From: Squalus acanthias | Lineage: Eukaryota | Length of the DNA stretch: 64,000 nt | Assembly: GCA_030390025.1 (NCBI GenBank) | Contig: CM059432.1 | Coordinates: 98,334,001 to 98,398,000, forward strand | Reading direction: 5' to 3' | Part shown: positions 12,993 to 25,939 of the stretch, in pieces | Layout: the number at the start of each line of letters is the position of its first letter | How positions within the stretch are numbered: the first letter of the stretch is position 1 | The notes under the pieces: model-generated | Told to the model about the DNA's origin: nothing | What the model saw: the letters and a program-made list of their open reading frames with translations, nothing else | Database searches by the model: none | Made by a program: the position numbers and the translations under genes

Positions 12993-13784
12993 GTGGCGCA
13001 GTCAGAGAACTTCCAGTAGCAGCCAACGCCTTTCCAACATGCAGCAGCACTCCCTGCACACTTTAACAACTTTATAAATGTCTTCCAGCAAGCCAGAATT
13101 CATACAATTTCTGCAAGAGCCAACAAAAAAGAAATAATCAACTTACCTGCAAGTTTCATGTTTCCCTTTAAATAGCGGTGGTGGGGGGGGGGGTCCCTCA
13201 TGCAGCTGAATGCACATTCAGCTGTGCGTGTTTAGGAGAGGGCATTGAATGGTGCGGCGATGTCCAAAATGGCAGGTTGTGCGTCAAATCAGCGTTACAC
13301 GCTGACTGATGTCACAATCTGCCTACTCTGCACATTGCCGCCACACGCACATCCCGCCCACACTATCGCCCTCACCAAGATGGTGAACAGTGCGAGCCGT
13401 GCCGGACGTGGGCGGAAGCGAAGTCGACACCATTTTTTTTCAAAACCAGCCTTAACTACTGGCGCTAAGGTGCCGAATTTCACGGCCATAGTGTTCTGCA
13501 AGCAAATGTCATATGTTGAAACAAAATCAGCTCAGTGGGACCCCATATATTGCGATTCTTATATAAACAGGTCCTTCAGTGTTCATAGAGCAGCTTGATC
13601 CCACTGGCTTCCGTAATATAAGGATCATATAAACCACTCACATCCTGAGCAAGTGATTGATTCATTTCTGAGTAAATCAGGATTTTCAACATTTTCATGG
13701 AACCATTGTAAAGAAATATTGTATGTTCCAGAACTGCATCACCAAACCTATTGTTGGCTATTATGCCAAGCCTGTTTCAATAGT

Positions 13785-13953
13785 AAACCTCTGACCGTTG
13801 AGTCTGAAGGTTTTCGGTTCAAATCTATTCCAGAAACTTGAACATGGAATCCAGGCTGACATTTCTGTGCTGTACTGAGGGACTGCTGCACTGTAAGGTG
13901 TCCTCTTTTGGATGAGATGTTAAACTGAGGCCCTATCTGCCCTCCCAGGTGGA
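13785..13953 (+). mobile_element. tRNA-derived DeuSINE/SacSINE1-like 5' fragment
   Basis: 'gagtctgaagg...ggttcaaatc' B box, then 'gtactgagggactgctgcactgt...ttttggatgagatgttaaactgaggccc', similar to the copy at 41117. Confidence 0.6.
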
Positions 13954-15478
13954 AAAACAGGCTGAATCGATATCATCCATTTTACACTATCACCCATTGT
14001 CAAAATTACCCCAATGGCTTTATATTTCACAAAACTGCCTACAGGAAAATCATATCCACTCACCATTTTAACTGGTGGCCATTAAAATAAACAACCAAAC
14101 TACCAAGTATAAATCTTTGGCATACACAAAAAAGATAGGGGGTGCAATTGGATTGGGCGCGGGGAGCGTGATGCGCGGTGTGCCCATGCCCATTCAAAGT
14201 GGTGCAGGTACCACGGAAAATTTGTGCTGCCTGCTCATTACAATGATTGGAGTGCTGAGCTCAGCGTTAAATGCACTGCTGGTTATCGGGTGCAGTCTAC
14301 CGGCCAATAAAGTTTTGCCTAGGCTCTCTGCACTTCTTAAAGGGGAAGGGCTTTGTTGCTGAAGCACCTCATTGTTACTCTGAATGCAGCCATGTCGCCA
14401 CAGGGAAGAGAAAGGGGAAGGCGCTTCTCCGATGCAGCACTGAAGGACTTGGACCTGGGGATACACAGAAGAAAATAGGTCCTCTACCCGCAGGGGGGCA
14501 GGTCTTCCAGGCGGAATGACAGAAGGCGGTGGGAGGAGATGGCATAAGCCATCAGTACCACATGTTGCCCCCAGGACCTGCATCCAGTGCCGCAAGAAGT
14601 TTAATGACCTTACGCGAGTGTTTAAGGTGAGTGAATACATCTTCAAATGCCTTATCCCATCAACTGCACCACTAGCCTCACACACTGTTCAATGCACCAT
14701 ACCCACATCACTTACCTATCAGCAATCTCCAGCAATCACGACTTACACCTCACAATCATAGTTCCACCTCACCGTCACACACTTACCACTGCTGCAAGCC
14801 TCAAACCCACATCTCACAGATTGCACACACTGCCAGCTATTCAACATCACCCAAACACATTGCACCACACTTACTGACACGCTTCCCTTTCTCTTGCAGG
14901 CCAAGGTGGCTCACAACTGCCGTGAGCAGCAGCAGACAGGCGGAGAGGAAACACATCTTCAAAGCCTTACTCTGCTGGAGGAGATGGTGCTGGAGATAAT
15001 TGGAGGGCCCGTCACTGAGGCTGTGGCGAGCGACGAGGTTGAAAGCATTGCTGATGACGGTATCTCATACCTAATCCTTCTACCCACATCCCACTTCCCC
15101 CTCATGGCACAAACTCTTCTCACTTACAAGCTGCTGATGGTGTAAGTATGCACATCTTACCCTCCCCCCTTCCCTCACCACAACCCGACCCTTGTGCCTT
15201 TCTCCTTTTGGGTACCCAAGAACTGCCAGCAGCCCAGCCCGTCCCCGACCTAGTAGAGGAGCAGAGTGATGGAGAAGAAGAGGCCCGGTCACTCGATCTG
15301 ACATACCCAGGCACCAGCTCAGAAAATGGCACTGCGCAAAATTTAGAGGGTAGTATAGCAACGGGATCTGCACATGGTGAGTCACCGGGCACGAGTGGGC
15401 TGCAACCAGGCCAGGGGGAAAGGGTAACGCAGGTGCTAGCACACAAGTTCTGCTGCACAGGACTCAGATGAAGACTTC

Positions 15479-18345
15479 TAAATTGGAAGAGGGCTAACTT
15501 CAATGGGATGAGAGGAGATCTAGCCAGGGTAAAATGGAACCAAAGATTGACAGGAAAAACTGTAACGGAACAATGGGTGATCTTTAAGGAGGAGATGTTT
15601 CAGGTACAGGCTAGGTACATTCCAACAAGAGGGAAAGGTTGGGGAACCAAAACCAGGGCTCCTTGGATGACGAGGGAGATAGAGAAGATGATGAAACAAA
15701 AAAAGAGGGTGTATGATGAATGTCAGGTGAATTCTTCAAGTGAGAACCAGGCCAAATACAATGGCCTGAAAATTAGACCTAATGCGGGAGAGTACGCACT
15801 GTGTACTCTCGCGTATTAGGTCCCGAAGTGCCGGTTTCCTGCATGCACTGCGCATGTGCGGGAAGCCAGCACTTCGTGTATGGCAAAGGGGGCGGTTCCT
15901 AAGTGAACCGCGTGCGCACTACAGGCTGTGCGCACGCAGCACACTTAGTTTTTTTTTCAGGTTTCAACGCGCAGGTAAGTGTTGAAGATTTTACACATAA
16001 AGAAAGCAGGCGTAAGACCCCCTTTTAACAAGGCAAGTAGTTAATTAAGTATTATTTTAAAATTTTTTCAACAGGTTTATCTTTTTTAGAGACTTTAAAG
16101 AAAGGTAAGTTTATTTTTATAACTTTTAAAAAGAATTTAAATTTTTTCAAAAATTTAAATTTTTGTTTAAAGTGGTTAATTTATTTAACTATAGTTATTT
16201 TATTAATGTGATGGCTTTTTTTAAATTTAATTGAGGTTTAGCTGTTCTTTTGGGGGCTTGTTGTATTCATAGTTTTGACAGCTCTTGCTGTCAAAACTAT
16301 GAATGAAAGTTGGTGTGCTGCCATTGGCTCTAACTGGCCCACGTGATCCCAGAGGTAGCATCGAACTAACTGCGCCTCTGGGACACGCACACACTGCGCG
16401 CCGGCACCAGGGAGAGGCCCAGGAACTGAAGTCCGTGTGGGCCAAAACCATAAAGGTAGGGGCCGAGTGCGATATCGCAGGGGATCCTTACCCCCGCGGC
16501 AACCATCGAACTCCAATTTCTGGGCCAATAAGTTGAGAGGGGAAGTGAAGAGGAAAATAAAACTGGCAAAGAGAGAATATGAGAATAGAATTGCAGTTAA
16601 CATAAAAGGGAACCCAAAAATCTTCTACCGGCATGTAAATAGTAAGCGGGTAGTAAGAGGAGGGGTGGGGCCTATTAGGGACAAATAAGGTGATATATGC
16701 TTAGAGGCGTAGGGCAAGGCTAGAATACTTAATGAATACTTTGTATCGGTGTTTACTAAGGAAGAGGATGCTGACAAAATATCAGTAGAAGCGGAGATGG
16801 CAGAGGTAATGGATGGGGTGAAAATTGATAGGCAGGATGTACTGGAAAGGCTGGATATGCTTAGAGTGGATAAGTCGCCTGGTCTGGATGGCTTGTGTCC
16901 CAGGTTGCTAAGGGAAATGGGGGTGGAGATAACGGAAGGGCTTGCCATAATCTTCCAATCTTCCCTAGATACAGGGGAGGTGCCAGAGGATTGGAAAGTG
17001 GCAAATGTTGAAGAAAGGGTGTAAGGACAATCCTAGTAACTACAAGCTGGTCAGTTTAACATCAGTGGTGGGTAAGGTTTTAGAAACAATAATCAGGGAA
17101 AAAATTAATAGGCACTTGAAGAGGTTTAAGTTAATTAAGGAGAGCCTGCACGGATTTGTAAAAGGCAGATCATGTTTGACTAATCTAATTGAATTTTTTG
17201 ATGAAGTAACAGAAAAGGTTGATGAAGGGAATGCTGTGGATGTTATCTATATGGATTTTAAGAAAACATTTGACAAAATACCACATAAAAGGCTGGTTAA
17301 CAAAATTGAGGCTCATGGGATAGGTGGGTCAGTGGCAGCTTGAATTAAGAGCAGAAAACAGCAAATCGTGGTAAATGGTTGTTTTTCAGACTGGAGGATG
17401 GTAGAGAGTGGTATTCCGCAAGGGTCAGTGCTAGGACCACTGCTTTTTTGAGATATATATGTGACTTGGATTTTGGAATACAGAGTAAAATTTCAAAATT
17501 TGCCAATGATACCAAACTTGGAGGTGTGGCAAACAGTGAAGAGGATACCAATTGACTGCAACAGGACATAAATAGGTTAGCAGAATAGGCAGACAAGTGG
17601 CAGATGGAATTTAATACAGAGAAGTGTGAGGCGATGCATTTTGGCAGAAGGAACAGGGAGAGGCAATATACACTTAATGGCACAGTTTTAAAGAGTATGC
17701 AGGGACAGAGGGACCTGGGGGTTCATGTGCATAGATCTTTGAAGGTGGCAGGACATATTGAGAGATTGGTTAACAAAGCATATGGGATCTTGGTTTCATA
17801 AATAGAGGTATTGAGTACAAAAGCAGGGAAGTTATGCTGAATCTTTATAAAGCTCTGGTTAAGCCACAACTAAAGTATTGCATCCAGTTCTGGTCACCAC
17901 ACTTTAGGAAGGATGTGAAGGTCCTTGAGGGTGCAGAGGAGATTTACCAGAATGGTTCCAGGGATGAGGGATTTTAGCTACAAGATTAGGTTGGAGAAGC
18001 TGGGGTTGTTCTCCTTGGAGCAAAAGAGGTTGAAGGCAGATTTGATAGAGGTGTACAAGATTATGATGGGTTTAGATAAGGTAGACAGAGAAAGGCTGTT
18101 CCCATTAGCTTTTGGTACAAGGGCTAGGGGACACAGATTTAAGGTTTTGGGCAAGAGATACAGGGGGGATGTGAGGAAGAGCTTTTTTATGCAGCAAGTG
18201 GTAATGACCTGGAATTTACTGCCGACTAGGGTGGTGGAAGCGGAGACGATCAATGATTTCAAAAGGAAACTGGATAGGCACTTGAGGGAAATAAACTTGC
18301 AGGGCTACGGGGATAGAGCGGGGGAATGGGACTGACTGGATTGTG
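15479..18345 (+). mobile_element. 5'-truncated CR1 LINE (ORF2 remnants), containing a MITE
   Basis: KSPGLDG, HGFVKGRSCLTNLIEFF, FANDTKL, VQRRFTRM and WNLLP segments at 15508-18335. Confidence 0.92.
15763..16526. mobile_element. Harbinger-type MITE (family X)
   Basis: TIRs GGCCTGAAAATT and (rc) GGCCCAGAAATT, TSD AAT; CR1 sequence is colinear on both sides; close paralog at 60973-61735. Confidence 0.9.
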
Positions 18346-19217
18346 ATGGGCGAAGTCGCAGCTTCTACTGCAGCACAAGGGAAGTGACTCAACATCTGAG
18401 TGCTGCCACGCAAGCTCAGACTGCTGCCATTGTGGCTGGGTTTATGAGTGTGGAAAGGGGCTTGGAGGGTCTCACATCAGTCCAGCAATCTGTCTTCCAA
18501 TAGATGGCTAGGAATGCTGAGGTGCCACCCTAGGGGAGTGGCAGTGGCTCCGTGCAGCAAGAACCTGCTGTTCACTCTCAGGATGACAGCATTCGTACTC
18601 CCACCACTGCCACACCACCATTGCCCTTGCTGCTGCCTGTCAGCCAGCCAGCCCAGACTGCTGCCACCCATGCCGAGGTGGTGCAGTCTACACTGGTGCC
18701 TTCTAGGCCCAGAGCTGGTCGAGGTTGTCCTGCAAGGCTATCTGCAGTGTCCTCCATGGAAAGTCAGCAGCCTGCCACCAGCCATGCTGCAGCCACTGGG
18801 GTAGCACTGCGTAGGAGCACTAGAATCGCCAAAGGAACAAGAAAGACAGACACTAAGGGATTGCACAAGGGTGATTAGTTGACTTTGTTATGTAGTTTTC
18901 TACTGATTCATTTATAAATTATGTTTGGATTATGTTTTGTGGTGGCTCTCATTTCAACTTTGTGCCCAAGGGGACGGTGTGATGTTCCATGACAGAGGGA
19001 TGGTAAGGTGGGGAAGTGGTGAGCAATGGGGATCTGTGGTTTAATTCAGTGAAACGGATTCTGATGAGGCACTCACAGACAGCCTGTCCGGAATGAGGAT
19101 CTGTTGCCTGCCTCCTTCCTTCCTCCTCCTCCTCCTCCTCTTCCTCTTCCTCCTGAGGTGGTCACGGAACCCATGGTAGCAAGGGTTGCGTGCGCGCACC
19201 TCCTGCTTCTCTCTGTT

Positions 19218-20240
19218 CTAATCAAGGTCTTTAAAATTATAAAGGGATTTGACAGGGTGGATATAGAGAAATTATTTCCTCTGGTAGGGGAATTCAGAAC
19301 AAAGGGGCATATACTTATTAATTAGAGAGGGCCGTTTAATAGTGGAATCAAGAAGCACACTTTCACACAAATGGCAGTGGAAATCTGGAACTCTCTCCCC
19401 AAAAGGCTGTTGATGCTGGGTCAATTGAAATTTTCAAGACTGAGATTCATAGATTTTTGTTAGGTAAGACTATCAAGGAATACTGAGCAAAGGTGGGTAA
19501 ATGGTAAAGGGAAAATTTGTTTAAACATCCTTAACAACAAAAATAACTTTAATGATGGCTAAACCATATTAACTGCAAGCTGAGAAACAGGAATATAGAG
19601 GAACATTAACAGGCATTATTTGTCAGACAAAGGCAGCTGGTAACCATGGACAAATCTTAGGTTGCTATGGGATCAGCAGAATGGAGTGGTTCAGTCTTGA
19701 GATAAGATACCACTAAGTGACATGCATGATGAAGTAACTCCACTAAACTTCGAACCAACCATGAACAAGGGGTATAGGCATGCCTAAAGGAACCAATAAT
19801 TAAAATGTGCATGTGAGAATCATGAAGGAAGTGCAGACACCAAAAGAATATAAGAATTTAACAATATCTAGCTTCTGCACTGCAGTCGGCTGGGATAGAC
19901 GGATCCTAGTCTAACAGAAAGAAGACATCTAAAGATTCAACAGAGTTTGAGTGATAGTCGGTTTGGCCAACTGGGCACATGAAGACTCCGGGACAGATCT
20001 AGTTGTGTTTCTTATTTAATCCGTGTATTAATGCTTAAATAAAGATAATCTCCATGAGAGCTAGTGTATCCGTGTGTTTCAGTTAAGGCCGATTCAAGTC
20101 CACAAACCCCACTCTAACACCCAATGTGGGAGGTGTGATAGGATACAATGGAGCTGAGGTGCAGATTAGCCATGATCTAAAAGAATGGCGGAATGAGTTT
20201 GAGCGTTGAATGGCCTACTCCTTTCCTATGTTCCTATGAT
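19218..20240 (+). mobile_element. CR1 3' fragment split by a solo LTR
   Basis: LIKVFKIIKGFDRVDIEKLFPLVG..., then 3'UTR resuming at 20148 with (TTCCTATG)n tail. Confidence 0.85.
19505..20147 (+). mobile_element. Solo LTR (~640 bp)
   Basis: Interrupts CR1 with ATGG duplicated at 19501-04 and 20148-51; ends TACA; CCAAT ~19793, TATA-like 'aatataag' ~19848, AATAAA ~20038. The 5' TG is not intact. Confidence 0.7.
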
Positions 20241-20678
20241 GTTGCTTCTTGCCAACCAGCTGTGGTTCTCTACATCTATGATGTCTACATTGGCCCCCTC
20301 ACTGAGACCATTTACCAGCCTTTCCAACCCTCCTGCTGAGAGCTATTAGCAGTTAAACCCCTCCTCCCTGCCCTGCTGTGAACATTTATCACCTTTTTAC
20401 CATCCACTCACACCATTTTAGGCCTTTTGCCAGCTCAAATCAATTACTTGAACTAGCTCCTCTTCCATCTCCCACTCTCTCTCTCTCTAAGCTCCTCAAC
20501 ATTATACCTCTCCCTCTTCCCTCCCTGTTATTGTCCCTGTCTCCTCTTTCTCTCATAACCTTCATTATCCACATCTCCTTCCTCTTCCTCCTGAACCCCT
20601 CCTCTTCCCCCCTCCTGTCTCTTCCTCCTACCTGATCCCCTTCCCAGTTTCCCTTCCTTCTCTCTCAATCCATCCTTA

Positions 20679-21181
20679 TGTAGGTGGTGGTGGTGGTAGG
20701 GGTCAGCCTTACCGCTGACTCAGTGAGCGGTTCAAATCGCTCCCACGCCCCTAGGTTCAGACCTTGGACTTATTTAGGGGTTGTGAATAAAGATGCAGTA
20801 GACAACAGGTTCCGATGAAAGAATTTTAACTTTTATTCAAAGTAAAAGGTAACAAACTTAAAACACACTTCACACCTAAACAGGTTGGGGAACACACAGT
20901 ACAGGCGAGGGAGAAGACAACATACAAAAACCCTTATCCCTCCCAAAAATCCCACTATCTAGCTAGGTTTTTGGTTTCAGGAGATCAGGGATAATGCTCA
21001 CCAATGAATCCTTGACAGGATTTTAGAGTCTTTTGATTAAAAAGATCTCATAAGGCCCTTGTTGCTGCAAGGTGTCTGATGGTCACTGAGGCAGTCACTC
21101 TGGTTTCTTCTTGTGTGATGGTCTGTTAGTTGGCCTCCCTCCTTCCTCCTCGTGGCTTGTGGTGTCTTTTGCTGGGGCAGG

Positions 21182-21217
<36 letters not shown>

Positions 21218-21772
21218 GTTCCAGCGTTGTCAGCGAGTCCGAAAGAGAGAGCGAGTCTTGGGTCAGGCTGCAATTATATAGTCCTTTTCGCGCCCAAAAC
21301 CCCTTACTAAAACGGTTTTGTGCTGAAGTGATTGCTTTCAGTTGAGGCCTGTTCATTCCAGTTTTGATGGGCCTTCAACTATGCTAAACCAAATCAAATC
21401 CTGGTCAATTGAAAGACCTCGTTACCAGTAACGGCTTTTTACTGAGTCAAATGGCTTGCGTCCTGTCGATCTGTTGTTTTATTGGAGTTTGCATTATCCT
21501 CATGTTTTGGGTTTCTTGCTGGGCCTAGCATTCCTATCTTTATGCGTCTCTTTGATGGGTTCTGTGTTTTGGGTGGGGCGGCCTTCTCCCAGGGCCTATT
21601 GTCCAAATGTTAATGTTTGCTGGGGCTTGAATTCCAGCCTTTTAAAATTGAGATTCCTTATGTTAGGGCCAAATGCATTTTTATCACTCTGGGGCAGTTC
21701 CAAAGTCCTTTTGTTTCCTTAGATTTTGGGGATCTGCAAATTTTGGGGATCTGCAAATTTTGGAAACTTACA
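20679..21772 (-). mobile_element. Solo LTR (~1.1 kb), ERV- or Gypsy-type
   Basis: TGTAGG...CTTACA termini, near-TSD CTTA/CTTC, minus-strand TATA (~21275) and AATAAA (~20833), internal (AG)n; sits inside a pyrimidine-rich tract that continues on both sides. Confidence 0.75.
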
Positions 21773-22122
21773 CTTCCCACACTCTCCTTCCCCTCCCTCT
21801 CCTCATCTGCCCTTCCCTTCCCCTCCTTTCCTCTGTCTTCCCCCCCCTTCCCATCTGCCTCCTTCCGTCTCCCACACTCCTTCCATTTAGTTTAAGTTAT
21901 CCTCCCATCCTCTAAATCTGCACTTAATTTGCACTCCTAAGGTGTAATTTTGACATTATGCGATAGTGTAAAATAGGCGATAGTAAATTGGCAGCCCAAT
22001 TTACCTCCCAATTTTTATTTACATTGATGTCAATAGAAATTAACTATTCAGAATGAGGTAAAACAAATCTACAGTTTTGACTGCTAGTTGTAATATTTAA
22101 GACCAACTCAGTCATATATAAT

Positions 22123-25100
22123 GGCCCTGATTTTAATGCAAAGTTGGGTTCTGAACAGGAGGGGGGCATTGCGTGTACGAAACCTGGAAGTCAACGGGTC
22201 CAATTTTCCAATTTCAACTTGATTGAATCAATAATTTTTTTCTTCCAGGTTTCACGTCTCCAAGCTGCACAGTGGGTGTGATGCGCACCCACCATGATGT
22301 GATCTGAAGTCCACTATTTAAAGGGTCAATGCAGAAATGGAATTTGGAGGAGCCAGGAGGTGTTTTGGATGGATTCACAAAGAACACCCAGATTCAATGA
22401 TACTTCCCTTGAATTACTGCTGGGTACAGTCAGGAGCAGGAGGGAGCTACTTTTTTCCAAAAAAAATGGAAGGATGAAACCTGTGGCAGTCAGGAAGAAG
22501 GTGTAGTTAGAGATAGCTGAGGACGTGAGCAGCAGTAGCATTTTGCCCCAAAGCGGTTTAATGACCTAACCAGGTCAGGAAAAGTTAGTAAATTTGCTGA
22601 TTCACCTATATCTTGTGGTGTAAATGGCTCCCCCGCTTTCACTCTGTTTTATCAAGCATACTCCATCACATCACTCCTCACACCAACTTAAGTTTCAGCA
22701 GCACCCATCCTTCATTTTCTATGCACTTCCTCACCTCCCCATCCATGCATCCACCACTGTCACTCACCCCAATCCTTATGCAATGTGATGCAACTGACTG
22801 ATGGTCACCCTCACCGAATGTTCTGCATCCATCGGGTGAATACCTGACTTTCACTCACTCACAGGACTGTTTTTCTGCCCCTTGTAGAAGAGAGCGCAAA
22901 AGACAAGGGAGAGGACTGGCGGTGGTCCGCCATAAATTGTGCAGCTTGCAGATGCAGAGGAGGATGCCGTGGAGGTAAGTGGCACATCTGCGTCCCTCTC
23001 AATCGGAGATGGAGAGACTGGGAACGTGCAGATGGCTGGTGACAGAATTAAAAGTATCTCTGACACACATGCTGATTTTATTTAATCAGTGACGGAACTA
23101 CGCAAAGACTGAGTATGGTGATTGTCAAGATTGTTACTTTGCCATAACTCTTTCTTTTGTCTTCTAGGGCCTTCATGCATATGGCATCAGTTGTTGCAGA
23201 TGCATGAGGATGATTCCTCATGGGACCTCATTCCTTCTGAGGGTAAACCATTACAGGACGGGCAGCCATGTACCAGTGCAAATACTCACACTTCGGTGGG
23301 TCCAGTTAGAGAGTTTGTTGCGTTTTCACCTGGTGATTCACAATTCACAAGCGAGCACGAGCGGACACTGGTGGCAGCGACAGCGCTGGAGAGTCCGCAT
23401 CGAGAGGGTGCAATTCTCTCCAAGCGATGCTCAGCTGGACACAGATGCTGAAACCTGGAGTCTATCATTGAGAAGAAGACTGCTAGAGGCCCATCAACAA
23501 CTTAGCCAGTTGCTGACAGACGTGCCACGCACACACTCTACAATAGCAGGGAGGATGGAGGAGTCCAAATCCTACAGTAGTGGATTGGTGGCGCAGGTAT
23601 TTCCGAGAATGTCTGCCATGGAGAGAGACTCCACTTCTGTGGAACTTCAAGCACAACTCTCAAATGAGTCCCTGCAGGCCATGATCACGGCTGTGCACAA
23701 TTTGAATGATAACATGTCTGCCGCCTTAAACGGGGTGACAGATACCTTATTCGTGGCCTTATAATGTGTCACTGATCTCCACCAAGCTGGTCTGCAGCAG
23801 AGTGGTCGGAGCAATGGGGTGCTGGCCTAGGAGAGGGATGATAGTGAAAGAGGACATGGAAGTGGGAACTCCACTCCAAGTGCTCCCATTTCTCACACGT
23901 TGCTCCCCCCCCCCGCCCCCCCACACTCAGCCAGTACCCGGCATGCTTCCTTGTTTCCCGATGGCTGAGTCTGATCCTGCACAGATGCAGGTGAAGCAGT
24001 CTATGGCAGGTCTCTCAGGGGTTCCAACAACACAGAAGTTGCAGGCCAAAAGCATCTGATCAGTGAGGGCTGTGATATGAGCAGCCTGCCTCTACCTCTG
24101 CTGAAGCCACACGGGATGCATCACATAGAAGCAGTAGGAAGCATAAGTTAAAGCAATTGTAATTCACCAGGGGTATGTACATGGGTGTTTGACAAAATGT
24201 TATGTTGTTAAATTTCCTTTTTTTATAACGCAACATAAAATTTATTGATTGCCAACACTTCTACCTCTTGCCCATTATTGCATCTCAAGTGCCAACTCTC
24301 CCTTTCACTTGTTTCATAATGAATCTCAATACATGACGGGACCCATTGGCAGATGTGCAATAGGTGTATGCGTGGTTGAAGGACTGTTTTGTTCAAAGGG
24401 AGGGTGGGATGTGGGGGTTTGTGATAGAAACATAGAAACATAGAAGATAGGAGCAGGAGTAGGCCATTCGGCCCCTCTAGCCTGCTCCGCCATTCAATGC
24501 GATCATGGCTGATCATCCAAATTCAGAACCCTGTCCCTGCTTTCTCCCCATATCCCTTGATCCCTTTAGCCTTAAGAAATATATCTAACTCCTTCTTGAA
24601 TATATTTAATGAATTGGCCTCAACTGCCTTCTGTGGTAGAGAATTCCACAGGTTCACCACTCTCTGGGTGAAGAAATTCCTCCTCATTTCTCTCCTAAAT
24701 GGCTTACCCCTTATCCTTAGACTGTGGCCCCTGGTCCTGGACTCCCCGACCATCGGGAACATCCTTCCTGCATCTAGTCTGTCCAGTGGCTTTCATTTGT
24801 TCTTTGTTACAGTTGGAATAACTAACTGAACTTCCGATTTATGAGGGTATCCCTGGCATCCTGGGCAGCAATGTACGATGCTGGTCTGGCGATTGGCGCC
24901 CCATCTTCATGTTCCTCTTCCTCCTCCTCTTCTTCAATGTTCTCTTCATCAGAAGATGCCCAATGAGCACTTTGGTCCTCCTCCACCTGCAATCCTCTCT
25001 GCTGCACAATGTTGTGCAGGACACAGCACCCTTGTATGACTCTGGACACCATCACTAGCGAGTACAGAAGGGCACCTCTTGAACTTTCTAGGCACCTGAA

Positions 25101-25915
25101 ACGCATCTTCAACATGCCAAATGCTTTCTCAATGACACACCTGGTAGTCATGTGGTTCTCGTTGTAGTGCTCCTGCACTTACTTGGTGGGGATCTTCATT
25201 GGTGTTATGAGCCAAGTTTGAAGGAGGTATCCCTTGTCTCCTACAAGCCAGCCCTTAAGTCTGTTTCCTGGAAGGAAAAGGTCTGGAATGTTGGACTACC
25301 ACAGTATGAATGCATTATGACAGCTCCCAGGGAATGTGGCGCAGACCTGCATGAACCTCTTCTTGTGGTTGCACACCAGCTGCGCATTGATGGAATAATA
25401 TCCCTTGCGATTGATAAAAACTCCTGGTTGCTGCGATGGTCCTTGGATTGCCACATGTGTACAATCGATGACGCCCTGTACCTATGGGAAGCCAGCCAGA
25501 GAGGTGAATGCGATTGCCCAGTCACGTTAGCTATTGTCGTCATAGGGGAAGTTGACATAAGTCGACGACTTGGCAAACAATCCATCCGTGACCTTTTATG
25601 CATTTATGGGCAGCTGACTGAGCCATGGGAATCCCGCACTGGAGGCATTCAATTCAAATCCTTGTTTAATTCAATTGAAAATCGCCTCATTACAATGTGC
25701 TAATGATGTTAACAGCTGTGCTAATTGCCGCCTCGCCTGACCTAATGATCGCGCCGACTCCCGCGAGCAGGTTACTCACACACAACCAAATGTACCTCAG
25801 TTAAACCCGAAGTGGCCACGCTGGAACCGGGTTGTGGTCGCCCTTCAATTTTACACTATATTTACTTCCCATTTGACCCCCAACCCACCCGTTCTCGGCA
25901 GTTAAAACTCCCCCC
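22123..25915. mobile_element. PIF/Harbinger transposon, decayed (Myb gene on +, transposase on -, transposase 5' part deleted)
   Basis: Termini GGCCCTGATTTTAA and (rc) GGGGGGAGTTTTAA, TSD AAT. Myb TPRFNDTSLELLL; exon 3 ORF 23204-23764. Transposase [16 protein letters not shown] at 24822-25178 and GDKGY/IDCTH remnants. Confidence 0.88.
24426..24785 (-). mobile_element. CR1 3' fragment, same subfamily as 34-3716
   Basis: (TTTCTATG)n tail; ORF 24523-24762 is nearly identical to the C-terminus of ORF 134-745. Confidence 0.92.
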
Positions 25916-25939
25916 AATGTTTCACCAGTGGGTGACAGA

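Larger units (their letters stand above)
5820..13487. mobile_element. PIF/Harbinger DNA transposon (decayed), expanded by nested CR1 and SINE insertions
   Basis: Termini GGGGGCTAAATTCG and (rc) GGCCGTGAAATTCG, TSD ATA (5817-19 and 13488-90). Myb-like gene on +, transposase remnants on -. Confidence 0.88.
14138..19200. mobile_element. Truncated Harbinger copy (Myb gene on +, transposase C-terminus on -), split by CR1
   Basis: Left TIR GGGGGTGCAATTGG. Myb exons paralogous to those at 6136-11785 (PRTCIQCRKKFNDLTRV; AKVAHN), C-terminus LRRSTRIAKG at ~18810. No right TIR found. Confidence 0.8.

Noticed and set aside
20360..21915. Pro/Leu/Ser-rich ORFs
   Set aside because: Translations of a pyrimidine-rich low-complexity tract and the (AG)n repeat in the LTR.
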